From assembly GCA_045606105.1 (NCBI GenBank), contig JAZURI010000003.1, positions 64,001 to 128,000 of the forward strand: DNA of 64,000 nt. The letters run 5' to 3'. The notes beneath the pieces were generated by a model, which was not told where the DNA came from, made no database searches, and saw only the letters and a list, made by a program, of their open reading frames with translations. Within the stretch, counting starts at the first letter, position 1, and each line of letters starts with the position of its first letter. This DNA is from Spirochaetia bacterium (GTDB lineage Bacteria; Spirochaetota; Spirochaetia; CADAEX01). Both the position numbers and the translations under genes were made by a program. Below, piece by piece: positions 46,564 to 55,872 of the stretch.

Positions 46564-48648
46564 ATGGAACACAACATTACCGAGGTAATGACCAGTCTTA
46601 TATTTCAGATTGGTATCATTATTTTTGCGGTCAAATTTTTAGGTAAGCTTGCTGAAAAATTCAGTATTCCTTCTGTAATCGGCGAACTTCTTGCCGGTGT
46701 CATTATAGGACCATTCGTTCTGGGAAGCATTCCGGTTCCCGGATTTCCCGAAGGACTTTTTCCGGTTTACTCATCATCACTGGCAGTAACGCCGGAGCTT
46801 TACGGTTTTGCCATGGTGGCATCAATCATACTTCTTTTCAACTCGGGAATAGAAACCGATCTGGGACTTTTCCTCAGATATTCCGTTGCCGGAGGTGTGG
46901 TAGGTATTTTCGGAGTACTTTTCTCCTTCTTCTTCGGTGCCGGAACATGTATGATCATTCTTGATACTAACCTTATGGATCCGAGATGCCTTTTCTTCGG
47001 TATCATGTCTACAGCCACTTCTGTAGGTATTACGGCCCGTATCCTTTCGGACAAGAAGAAAATGGACTCTCCCGAGGGTGTCACAACCCTTGCGGCCGCA
47101 GTATTCGACGATGTTCTGGGTATTGTTCTCCTGGCTGTGGTAATGGGTGTGGTAGCAGTCGTAAACGGCAAGAGCAATACAGCAATAGATGCTGCTTCAA
47201 TATACAGTATTGCAGGAAGAGCCTTCGGAATCTGGCTCGGTTTTTCTGCCGTTGCCCTTCTGTTCTCGAAGCAGATAGCCCGTTTCCTCAAATTATTCCG
47301 TAATTCATACGATTTTTCAATCTGTGCCCTGGGTATAGCCCTCCTGTTTGCCGGACTTTTCGAAAAGCAGGGACTGGCCATGATCATCGGTGCCTATATT
47401 ACAGGACTTTCCCTTTCCAGTACTGACATTGCCCCTATCATCAGGGAAAAGCTTGAGGGACTTTCCGAGTTCTTCGTTCCCCTTTTCTTCTGTGTAATGG
47501 GTATGATGGTAAATGTTTCCAAGCTGATGGACAAGGAAATCCTTATCTTCGGTGCAATCTATACTCTGACCTGTATCGTGTCAAAGATGGTGGGATGCGG
47601 TCTGCCGGCCCTTTTTCTGGGCTTCAACCTGAGAGGAGCTCTCCGTATCGGATGCGGAATGGTTCCCCGCGGAGAGGTGGCCCTTATCATCGCCGGTATC
47701 GGTATAACATCGGGTATTCTTGATGAACAGCTTTTCGGTGTAGTAATCATGATGACCCTTATCACCACGATTTTTGCCCCTCCGGCCCTTAATGCAGTAA
47801 TCAAATCCCCGAAAAAGGGAACCAACAAGGATGTTAAGGCAGAAGCTACCGTCTCCTCCATTTGGGAGTTCAAGACAGAGGAAATTGCCGATCTTGTTGC
47901 ATATCTGTATCTCAAGGACCTGAGAAAAGAGGGATTTTTCGTATTTACCGTCAACAGCGACGAGGGTATTTCCCAGGCCAGGATCAACAAGACAGTCATT
48001 ACCATCATACAGCAGGGAAGAACCATTACTGCCAAGACCACAGCTCTCAACATGGGCTTTGTAAAGACCTCCATGTACGAGGTTCTGCTCCGTTTCAACG
48101 ATTCTGATAACCTGAAGAACGGCTCTGCATTTGTTCAGGTCAAGAAGGATATGGTTGAATGTACCAAGGAGGGAGGCTCTGATCTTTCCATACTCAAGCA
48201 CAAGATTTCCGAAAAGACAATCATTACCGGAATCAAATCAGAAACTCAGGAGGATATCCTGAAGGAACTGGTTATGGTAATGTGCAACACAGGTATGGTT
48301 CAGGACTGGAAGCTGCTTCTTAACGATATCATTCTCAGGGAAAAGCTTTTCGGAACCGGAATGGAAAACGGAATTGCATTTCCTCATGCCAGGACAGCCG
48401 GAGTCAAATCTCTCTGTATTGCAATCGGTGTAAAGAAAACCGGTGTGGATTTCGGAGCCATGGACGGAAAGCCTTCCAGGGTCTTTGTAATGATTGCTTC
48501 CCCTAAGGATACCTCTGCACCTCATATCCAGGTGCTTGCCTCCTTCAGTACCATTCTCAGGAAAAAGGAGACAGTGGACAGGATTCTCAATGCGGAAACA
48601 CCGGCCGAGGTTGCCGATATCTTCAATGAGTGCATAAACGGCAGATAG
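46564..48648 (+). CDS. CPA2 cation:proton antiporter fused to a C-terminal PTS EIIA domain
   Basis: GELLAG, ATSVGITARIL, AAVFDDVLG, GMVPRGEV; C-terminal REKLFGTGMENGIAFPHART. Confidence 0.92.
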   Translation: MEHNITEVMTSLIFQIGIIIFAVKFLGKLAEKFSIPSVIGELLAGVIIGPFVLGSIPVPGFPEGLFPVYSSSLAVTPELYGFAMVASIILLFNSGIETDLGLFLRYSVAGGVVGIFGVLFSFFFGAGTCMIILDTNLMDPRCLFFGIMSTATSVGITARILSDKKKMDSPEGVTTLAAAVFDDVLGIVLLAVVMGVVAVVNGKSNTAIDAASIYSIAGRAFGIWLGFSAVALLFSKQIARFLKLFRNSYDFSICALGIALLFAGLFEKQGLAMIIGAYITGLSLSSTDIAPIIREKLEGLSEFFVPLFFCVMGMMVNVSKLMDKEILIFGAIYTLTCIVSKMVGCGLPALFLGFNLRGALRIGCGMVPRGEVALIIAGIGITSGILDEQLFGVVIMMTLITTIFAPPALNAVIKSPKKGTNKDVKAEATVSSIWEFKTEEIADLVAYLYLKDLRKEGFFVFTVNSDEGISQARINKTVITIIQQGRTITAKTTALNMGFVKTSMYEVLLRFNDSDNLKNGSAFVQVKKDMVECTKEGGSDLSILKHKISEKTIITGIKSETQEDILKELVMVMCNTGMVQDWKLLLNDIILREKLFGTGMENGIAFPHARTAGVKSLCIAIGVKKTGVDFGAMDGKPSRVFVMIASPKDTSAPHIQVLASFSTILRKKETVDRILNAETPAEVADIFNECINGR

Positions 48649-48649
48649 G

Positions 48650-49978
48650 ATGGAAAAGCCTTCAGCCCTTCTTATTGCACCTCCTGTTTATGACTTTGCC
48701 CTTTTTGACCTTTTTCTCAAGCCCTATGCCCTTCTTAAAATAGGGGCCTACCTTGAGGAAAACGGCTATGATGTTCATCTTATAAACTGTCTCGATTACA
48801 GGGACGAGGAATCGCTCCGTACCATGCGAAGCCCGGCCCGCCGGGAAAACGGCACCGGAAAATTCTTCCGTCAGAGGGCCGAAACTCCGGATATCATTGC
48901 AGGGTACGGAAAATATCTGTTCAGATACGGAATCTCGGAGGAAAGCTTTGAAGCCAAGCTCCGGGCCTTTGGAAAAAAGCCTGATATAGTTCTGGTATCA
49001 TCCGGAATGACCTACTGGTATCCCGGGGTCAGGGAGGCTGTGGAGAAGGTCAGGAAAATATGGCCCGATGCAAAGGTTGCTGTAGGAGGAATCTATGCCA
49101 CACTCATGCCTGAGCATTGTGAACGGGTTGTTGCTCCCGATTTTGTCATCAGGGGAGATGCCCAGGGGGAAAAGGGGCTGAATTATGTTTTCGGGAAGCT
49201 GGGACTTCCTTTGTGTACCGGCTCATGGCGCGATACCATGATGCTCCATCCCGTACTTAAGGATGCTGCCGTGATAAGGATAAACAGAGGCTGTCCCTAT
49301 TCCTGCCATTACTGTGCATCGGCCTGTATCAGCTCCTTTGAGCCGGGCAGCGGAGAAAAGGCTTTTCAGGAGCTTCTTAGGATTCACGGAAAATACGGTA
49401 CCCTCAATTTTGCATTCTATGATGATGCCCTTCTTATAAATAAGGAAAATATCTTTGTTCCGTTTCTGGAAATGGTGGAAAAGTCGGGTCTGAAATTCAA
49501 TTTCTATCTTCCCAACGCTCTTCATCTGGATCGGCTGGACTTTGAGACCGCTTCGCTCATGTACCGGTGCGGCTTCAGGGAAATCAGGGTAGGCTTTGAA
49601 AGCTCCGATGTGAAGTTCCATGAAACAAATGACAACAAGCTGAATCTGGGAACCTTCGGGGAGAAGGTGGATATGCTTTTCAGAAGCGGCTTTACCAAGG
49701 AGAACCTGGGAATATATGTTCTGGCAGGGCTTCCGGGACAGCATGCGGAAGAGGTGGAGGCCTCAATAAGATATCTGGCCGGATTCGGACTCCGGGGAAA
49801 CATAGCCGAGTTCTCCACCGTACCGGGGACAGAGGTCTGGAAGGAATGTGTGGAGAAAAGTATCTTCCCACTGGAAACCGAGCCGGTTTGTCACAACAAC
49901 TCCATTTTTCCGATGCAGTGGGAAGGCTTTACCATGGAGGACATGGCAAGATTAAAGAGGCTTTCTAAAACTCTCTGA
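48650..49978 (+). CDS. B12-binding radical SAM protein
   Basis: SGMTYWYPGV, GGIYATL, RGCPYSCHYC, FYDDALL. Confidence 0.9.
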   Translation: MEKPSALLIAPPVYDFALFDLFLKPYALLKIGAYLEENGYDVHLINCLDYRDEESLRTMRSPARRENGTGKFFRQRAETPDIIAGYGKYLFRYGISEESFEAKLRAFGKKPDIVLVSSGMTYWYPGVREAVEKVRKIWPDAKVAVGGIYATLMPEHCERVVAPDFVIRGDAQGEKGLNYVFGKLGLPLCTGSWRDTMMLHPVLKDAAVIRINRGCPYSCHYCASACISSFEPGSGEKAFQELLRIHGKYGTLNFAFYDDALLINKENIFVPFLEMVEKSGLKFNFYLPNALHLDRLDFETASLMYRCGFREIRVGFESSDVKFHETNDNKLNLGTFGEKVDMLFRSGFTKENLGIYVLAGLPGQHAEEVEASIRYLAGFGLRGNIAEFSTVPGTEVWKECVEKSIFPLETEPVCHNNSIFPMQWEGFTMEDMARLKRLSKTL

Positions 49979-51647
49979 TCATATCGGTAATGAATTTCAT
50001 GCTGCTGCGGAAAAATTCCTTGGTTTCCACATCAATGCCTGCCTGTTTTGCAACCCCCTTTATATCCATGATTCCGGTACAACCGAGCAGCTTTCTGTAA
50101 AGCTCCGGAAAGTTTTTCCTGTCTTCAAGGTATTTCCTGTAGAGTCCGATGGAGAAAAGCTGTCCGAAGGCATAAGGAAAGTTGTAGAAGCCCAGATCGG
50201 CACTGTAGTAATGACATTTTACCGCCCACATATACGGATGCAGCTGCTCCGGATCCAGGGCATCACCGTAGGTCTTTTTCTGGGCCTTCAGCATGATTTC
50301 TGAAAATTCATCTGCAGAAAGGGCTCCGTCCCTCTTTATTCTTTCGAAAATTTCCTTTTCAAAATAGAATCTGGAAAGGATATCCACAATAACCTGGGTT
50401 ACCTCCTGAAGGAAAAGCTCTGTAATATAGGTCTTTTCAAAGCCCTCTGCCTTTTCAAGAGCAGTGTTGAAAATCAGTGTTTCGGCAAATATGGAGGCTG
50501 TTTCCGCCAAAGTCATGGGATAAGCCCTGGCAAAGGCAGACCTTTTCTTAAGAAGCTCGAAGTGATATGCATGTCCCAGTTCGTGGGCAATGGTTGAGAC
50601 ACCTGACATGGTAGGATTGAAATTGCACATTACCCTGGATTCACCGGCAACCGGGAAGGAGGTACAGTAGGCGCCCCCTATCTTGTTTGCTCTCGGGTCC
50701 TCATCAATCCATCCGTTATCAAAGGCTTTTTCGGCAAATTTACCCATATCCGGGGCAAAGGATGAAAAGGTTTCTGTTATGAATTCCCTGGCATCGGCAT
50801 AGCTCCATTTCCGGGCCTCAAAGCCCTCCTTTGTCAGAGGGGCAAAAATATCGTAGAAGGCCGGCTTTTCAACTCCAAGAAGAGCTCCCTTTTTTCTGAG
50901 ATATTCCCTGAAATGAGGAAGAGATTCCTCCATCACGCTTATCATAGCCCCCAGTGTCTTTGCCGACATGCGGTTCTGAAACAGTGCCTTGTCCAGAGGT
51001 GATTTCCACTTTCTTTTGCCATCCAGGATGATTGCAGTCTTTTTAACACCGTTAAGGGAATAGGCAAGGGGAATTTCCATCTGCTTCCAGGCTTCAAGCT
51101 CCTTTTCCCAGGCCTTCTGTCTTACATTTCTCTCCTTGTCAAAAGCCAGGTTTCTGAGCTCGTTTACTGTTTTCCTGCTGCCGTCATCCCATTCTGATGA
51201 AAGGGCAGATGAAACGGAAGCCTGAAGTCTTGACCAAGCCTCTCCCGAAGCACTCTGCATTTCTGCTGCCAGTCTTTCTTCTTTATCCGAAAGCTGATGC
51301 TTCGCTTCAATGATTGCTTCCTTTATAAAGAGCTTTTTTTCGGGATCGGGAGATCTGTATTTTGATTCAGCCAGCTTTTTTCTGAGATTGGTTTCGATAT
51401 CGGACAGAAGTACATGGCTGTTTTCAAGCTCATCCAGTCTCTTCATGGCAGCCGGATTATTGGTTTCCACTGAAAACAGGGCATAAGCGTGGGAGTAGAG
51501 GGTTTCGTATATATCTGAAGCTTTTCCCAGGAGAGACAGAGCTTTTTCAAAATCAATTTCATTGCCTGCAAGGATGTTTTTCAGCTCCCTGCAGCATTTT
51601 CTGAAAGCACCGAGGCTTGTTTTATTTAGAATATCAAGTTTCCACAT
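49965..51647 (-). CDS. M3 family oligoendopeptidase F
   Basis: KIGGAYC, HELGHAYH, LAETASIFAE, FYNFPYAFG; start trimmed to MWKLD. Confidence 0.93.
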   Translation of the reverse strand: MWKLDILNKTSLGAFRKCCRELKNILAGNEIDFEKALSLLGKASDIYETLYSHAYALFSVETNNPAAMKRLDELENSHVLLSDIETNLRKKLAESKYRSPDPEKKLFIKEAIIEAKHQLSDKEERLAAEMQSASGEAWSRLQASVSSALSSEWDDGSRKTVNELRNLAFDKERNVRQKAWEKELEAWKQMEIPLAYSLNGVKKTAIILDGKRKWKSPLDKALFQNRMSAKTLGAMISVMEESLPHFREYLRKKGALLGVEKPAFYDIFAPLTKEGFEARKWSYADAREFITETFSSFAPDMGKFAEKAFDNGWIDEDPRANKIGGAYCTSFPVAGESRVMCNFNPTMSGVSTIAHELGHAYHFELLKKRSAFARAYPMTLAETASIFAETLIFNTALEKAEGFEKTYITELFLQEVTQVIVDILSRFYFEKEIFERIKRDGALSADEFSEIMLKAQKKTYGDALDPEQLHPYMWAVKCHYYSADLGFYNFPYAFGQLFSIGLYRKYLEDRKNFPELYRKLLGCTGIMDIKGVAKQAGIDVETKEFFRSSMKFITDMIREF

Positions 51648-51710
51648 ATATAAAATTTCACACAAACAGTTGATAAAGTCAACTTTTTTAAAAAAATTTA
51701 AATTAAGTAC

Positions 51711-51746
51711 TTGACATTTTATCAATAATAGTAATAATTACTATTA
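51711..51746 (+). promoter_or_regulatory. Promoter with overlapping Per/Fur-type box
   Basis: TTGACA at 51711; perfect inverted repeat TAATAGTAAT-A-ATTACTATTA (51726-51746) covering the -10. Confidence 0.8.
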
Positions 51747-51756
51747 AGGATTGTGT

Positions 51757-52137
51757 ATGAGAAGATATTCAAGACAAAGGGAAATAATTCTGAATGCAGT
51801 ACGGGAAAATCTGGTTCATCCGGATGCTGAGGAGATTTACTCCATTGTCAGGGCAAAGGATCCTTCAATCAGTCTTGGAACTGTATACAGAAACCTTAAC
51901 CTGCTTTCCGAAATGGGAGAAATCAGGAAAATACAGATGGCCGGAGGGGCAGACAGATATGACGGAAACATATCGGGACACCACCACAGCATCTGTAGTA
52001 AATGCGGAAAAATCATGGATTATGACTATGATTTCGGAGGACTTGGAAACGAAGTCCTGACACAGACCGGTATTGAATGCCGGAATATTACAGTAACATT
52101 GGAAGGAATCTGCCGGGATTGCCTTTCGGAAAAATAG
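51757..52137 (+). CDS. Fur-family repressor, PerR-like
   Basis: HPDAEEIY, SLGTVYRNL, HHHSICSKCG, CRDC; adjacent to rubrerythrin. Confidence 0.93.
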   Translation: MRRYSRQREIILNAVRENLVHPDAEEIYSIVRAKDPSISLGTVYRNLNLLSEMGEIRKIQMAGGADRYDGNISGHHHSICSKCGKIMDYDYDFGGLGNEVLTQTGIECRNITVTLEGICRDCLSEK

Positions 52138-52146
52138 GAGAAAAAA

Positions 52147-52689
52147 ATGGCAAAATTTGTATGTAATGTATGTGGTTATGTTTATGAGGGAGATGCTGCA
52201 CCTGAATTCTGTCCGCAGTGTAAGGCACCTGCATCTAAGTTTTCTGAGCAGAAGGGAGAAATGACCTGGGCTGCAGAGCATGTTGTAGGCGTTGCACAGG
52301 GTGTCAGAGAAGACATCATCGAAGACCTCAGAGCAAACTTCAACGGAGAATGCATGGAAGTAGGTATGTACCTTGCAATGGCTCGTGTTGCACACAGGGA
52401 AGGATATCCTGAAATCGGACTTTACTGGGAAAAGGCAGCTTATGAAGAGGCAGAGCATGCATCAAAATTTGCAGAACTTCTCGGAGAAGTGGTAACCACA
52501 TCAACAAAGAAGAACCTTGAGATGAGAGTGGAAGCTGAAAACGGAGCTACAGCCGGTAAATTTGATCTTGCAAAAAGAGCAAAGGAACTGGGACTTGATG
52601 CAATCCATGACACAGTTCATGAGATGGCAAGAGACGAAGCAAGACACGGAAAGGCTTTCGAAGGACTTCTCAAGAGATACTTCGGTTAA
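52147..52689 (+). CDS. Reverse rubrerythrin (NADH peroxidase)
   Basis: N-terminal rubredoxin CNVCGY...CPQC, then di-iron EEAEH and DEARH. Confidence 0.95.
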   Translation: MAKFVCNVCGYVYEGDAAPEFCPQCKAPASKFSEQKGEMTWAAEHVVGVAQGVREDIIEDLRANFNGECMEVGMYLAMARVAHREGYPEIGLYWEKAAYEEAEHASKFAELLGEVVTTSTKKNLEMRVEAENGATAGKFDLAKRAKELGLDAIHDTVHEMARDEARHGKAFEGLLKRYFG

Positions 52690-52739
52690 TATAACGATCA
52701 GGCATCAGGCCTGAAGGCTTTTTAGCCGCTTAGCTTAGG

Positions 52740-52777
52740 AAACCCACGGGAGTCACGCACCCGTGGGTTTTTGTTTT
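52740..52777. terminator. Hairpin terminator between convergent rubrerythrin and azlD
   Basis: AAACCCACGGG/CCCGTGGGTTT stem, T-rich tail. Confidence 0.8.
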
Positions 52778-52797
52778 ATCCGCAGTCTCCGACAGAT

Positions 52798-53127
52798 TTA
52801 CAGCACTCCGCAGGCATGGAGAATCAGCTCCACCGCCAGAACGGCACCGCAGGCAGAGGCTGCCACTGTCAGCAGGTTCTTTTCTTTCCAGGCCAGTAAT
52901 ACAGCTACTCCAAAGCCGGCAAAGGCAGAAATCATGCTGTCTGTGGCATAGAAAATAGCAGGAATGGTCATTACTCCAAGGACTGCATAAGGAATATAAT
53001 ACAGGAAGGAGCGGATAAAACGGTTGGTGATCTTTTTCTTGATCAGTATAAGCGGTAATACACGTACCAGATAGGTAACTCCGGCACTGGTCAGCAGGCA
53101 GGCAAGAAACCATAAACGATCATTCAT
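52798..53127 (-). CDS. azlD: AzlD domain branched-chain amino acid export protein
   Basis: VTYLVRVLP, FLYYIPYAVL; coupled to azlC. Confidence 0.9.
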   Translation of the reverse strand: MNDRLWFLACLLTSAGVTYLVRVLPLILIKKKITNRFIRSFLYYIPYAVLGVMTIPAIFYATDSMISAFAGFGVAVLLAWKEKNLLTVAASACGAVLAVELILHACGVL

Positions 53128-53836
53128 GGCTGTCCTCCTTTACCGGCACAGGGGCCGCCAGGGCAAACAGCACGCTGGCAGTCACGGCGCAGATGATTAC
53201 CACAAATCCGCCGGGAACCTGCTTCAGGGCAGGGATATAATAGAACGCACAGCTCATGGCCACTGCTGCCAGGATACACAGCGCCGTGGAGGCATTCTTT
53301 TTGGCAGGAGGAATGATGATGGCGATAAACATGCCGTAGATGGCAACACCCAGGGCAGAGATAACAATAGCAGGCAGAATATTGCCTGCCACGGCTCCCA
53401 GCAGGGTACCGGTTGCCCAGCCCAGCCAGGGCGTCAGAATCAGGCCGTAGAAATAATTTCTTCCTACGCTGCCCGGCTTGGCGGAAGCTACGGCGAAAAC
53501 CTCATCCGTATTTACAAAAGCTATGAGAAAACGGTTGGCAAAACGGACAGACTTTCCCAGTTTCTGAGACAGTGATACAGACATAAGCGCATAACGCATG
53601 TTGATGACAAACATACTGATTGCCAGCTCGAGCAGGGTACCGCTCCCGGCAAAAACAGGTACGGCAGCCAGCTGCCCGGCAGATGTCACATTGGTCATGG
53701 AAATCATCAGGGCTTCCAGAATGGAAAGCCCGCTGCCGACGGCAAAAATACCGAACGCAAAGGAAACAGACAGGTAACCCAGACAGATGGGGATACCGTC
53801 CCGGATACCGACGCGGAAGCTGTTAAGTTCATTCAT
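53120..53836 (-). CDS. azlC: AzlC family branched-chain amino acid export permease
   Basis: DGIPICLGY, TSAGQLA, INMRYALMS, TDEVFA; alternative start 53857. Confidence 0.92.
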   Translation of the reverse strand: MNELNSFRVGIRDGIPICLGYLSVSFAFGIFAVGSGLSILEALMISMTNVTSAGQLAAVPVFAGSGTLLELAISMFVINMRYALMSVSLSQKLGKSVRFANRFLIAFVNTDEVFAVASAKPGSVGRNYFYGLILTPWLGWATGTLLGAVAGNILPAIVISALGVAIYGMFIAIIIPPAKKNASTALCILAAVAMSCAFYYIPALKQVPGGFVVIICAVTASVLFALAAPVPVKEDSHE

Positions 53837-53915
53837 ATATTCATCTTGCAGTCGCATAAAATTACCGTCTCGTATTATAGCACAAATTCCGGCGATTTCC
53901 ACCCTGTAACGCGAG

Positions 53916-53935
53916 GGTTTTTACAATAGGGTGGG
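53916..53935 (+). repeat. 20-bp direct repeat, left copy (GGTTTTTACAATAGGGTGGG)
   Basis: Identical to 61172-61191. Confidence 0.9.
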
Positions 53936-53954
53936 AACATGCATAGTTTTTATT

Positions 53955-54008
53955 TTATCCCCTTTAATCAATTATACCCTTTACAACGGGGTATAGCAGG
54001 GGTATAAT
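53955..54008 (+). promoter_or_regulatory. Promoter with repeated TATACCC/GGGGTATA operator-like half-sites
   Basis: TTTACA(53980)-17 nt-TATAAT(54003); half-sites at 53955, 53973, 53988 and 53999. Confidence 0.65.
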
Positions 54009-54026
54009 AAGTATAGGAGATGTGAT

Positions 54027-55850
54027 ATGGATACTGAAATTTTGCAAAATCAAATTGTCGAACTCGAAGCGCAGATCGAAGCCCTACCCAAAGGCTCTGT
54101 CGCTAAAAAGAGTGTGAACGGCAAAACGTATTATTATCACAGATATAATGAAAACCGCAAAAGAACTGAAAAATATATTGATTTTGATTCCATAGATGCT
54201 CTGCGTGAGCAAATTGAAAAGCGCAAGGCATTGGAGTCAAAGCTGAAGGAGCTGAAGAAGAAAGCGGGCGTTCCACTAAAGAAGCTGCAGAAGAAAGAAA
54301 CACTCTCTTTTCACACCTCCATCCTCACAGGCGAAAAGCTGAAGAAATTCGTTGCCGATGTAAAGGATTACAAAAAGAGAGAGTGCTTCGAACAGCTTCA
54401 GAATTTCGTGTACGGCGATATCAGGGATAGAGTTTTCATTCTCTACGGTCTGCGCCGAACCGGCAAAACGACGATGATCCGTCAGATGATTGCCGATATG
54501 AGCGAATCCGACCTTGCAAAAGCAGCATTCATTCAAATTGCACACAAGGATAAACTTGCCGACGTCAACAAGGACATGAAGCTCTTGGAACAGGGGGGCT
54601 TCAAATATATCTTCATCGACGAGGTCACTTTCATGGAGGACTTCATCGAGGGCGCGGCTCTCTTCTCCGACGTGTTCGCCACCTGCGGTATGAAGATCGT
54701 CCTTTCAGGAACAGATTCCCTCGGCTTTATGTTATCAAAAAGTGAGCAGCTTTACGACAGATGCATCCTTCTGCATACGACCGTTATCCCCTACCGGGAG
54801 TTTGAAAAGGTACTGGGCATCAAGGGTATCGACGAATATATCCGCTACGGCGGCACCATGAGCCTTGGCGGTATAAATTACAACGAGGGCTTTGCTTTTA
54901 CCGATACAAATACGGTCAATTCCTACGTGGACAGTGCAATCGCAAAAAATATTCAGCACTCACTCCGTTATTATCAGGACGGCGGTCACTTCCGCCATCT
55001 CGCGGAGCTTTACGAGAGAAACGAGCTGACCAACGCCATCAATCGTGTAGTTGAGGACATCAACCACCGCTTCACAAAAGAGGTCATTACACGTGAATTT
55101 GAATCCGGAGATCTGGCACGTTCCGCAAGAAATCTACGCAGAGATCGCTTTGCACCCAACACCATTCTTGATGATATCGATACCGAAACATTCACCGAAC
55201 AACTGAAAAACCTTCTCGAAATTCTCGATGAAGCCGATCAGACAGTCAAGGTGGCTGACGTACACGCCGCAGAGATCAAAGAATATCTTGTTCTGCTCGA
55301 TTTGATATACGAGGTCGACTCCCGAAGCTTCCCGAACGTGAACGATATCGGAAAGATCACCGTGGTATCACAGCCCGGAATGCGTTACGCGCAGGCACAG
55401 GCACTTGTAAAGAGCCTGCTCCTCGACAATAAATTTAAGGATCTGAACTTGGATGAGCGCACGCAGGTAATCGAAAGAATCCTCAGCGAGATCAGGGGCA
55501 GAATGATGGAGGATATCATTCTTCTTGAAACCAAGCTCGCACAGCCGAGCAAAGAGGTGTTCAAGCTCCAATTCACCGTAGGTGAGTTCGATATGGTGGT
55601 GTTCGATCCCGAGACCGCATCCTGCGAGATATACGAAATTAAATACAGCACGCAGGTCGTGGAACAACAGTATCAGCACCTCGTGGATGAACAAAAATGC
55701 GCCCAAACTGAACACCGTTTCGGTACAATCAAGGGGAAATACGTACTTTACCGTGGAGCAACGCAGGATGTGAACGGAATACACTACGTGAACGTTGAGG
55801 AATATTTAAATAACGTGTGCAAACTTAGTTTTGATGGTTGTATAAATTAA
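54027..55850 (+). CDS. AAA-family ATPase with C-terminal PD-(D/E)XK-like domain (AAA_14/DUF4143-like)
   Basis: Walker A GLRRTGKTT, Walker B IFIDEV, YIRYGG, C-terminal ME...EFDMV...YEIK. Confidence 0.85.
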   Translation: MDTEILQNQIVELEAQIEALPKGSVAKKSVNGKTYYYHRYNENRKRTEKYIDFDSIDALREQIEKRKALESKLKELKKKAGVPLKKLQKKETLSFHTSILTGEKLKKFVADVKDYKKRECFEQLQNFVYGDIRDRVFILYGLRRTGKTTMIRQMIADMSESDLAKAAFIQIAHKDKLADVNKDMKLLEQGGFKYIFIDEVTFMEDFIEGAALFSDVFATCGMKIVLSGTDSLGFMLSKSEQLYDRCILLHTTVIPYREFEKVLGIKGIDEYIRYGGTMSLGGINYNEGFAFTDTNTVNSYVDSAIAKNIQHSLRYYQDGGHFRHLAELYERNELTNAINRVVEDINHRFTKEVITREFESGDLARSARNLRRDRFAPNTILDDIDTETFTEQLKNLLEILDEADQTVKVADVHAAEIKEYLVLLDLIYEVDSRSFPNVNDIGKITVVSQPGMRYAQAQALVKSLLLDNKFKDLNLDERTQVIERILSEIRGRMMEDIILLETKLAQPSKEVFKLQFTVGEFDMVVFDPETASCEIYEIKYSTQVVEQQYQHLVDEQKCAQTEHRFGTIKGKYVLYRGATQDVNGIHYVNVEEYLNNVCKLSFDGCIN

Positions 55851-55872
55851 CCGCAAATCACAATAATAAAGG

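Noticed and set aside
52700-52777. GGCT-TTTT-AGCC plus CCCACGGG hairpin as an IS200/IS605 end
   Set aside because: Single copy with no tnpA/tnpB sequence; adequately explained as a terminator between convergent genes.
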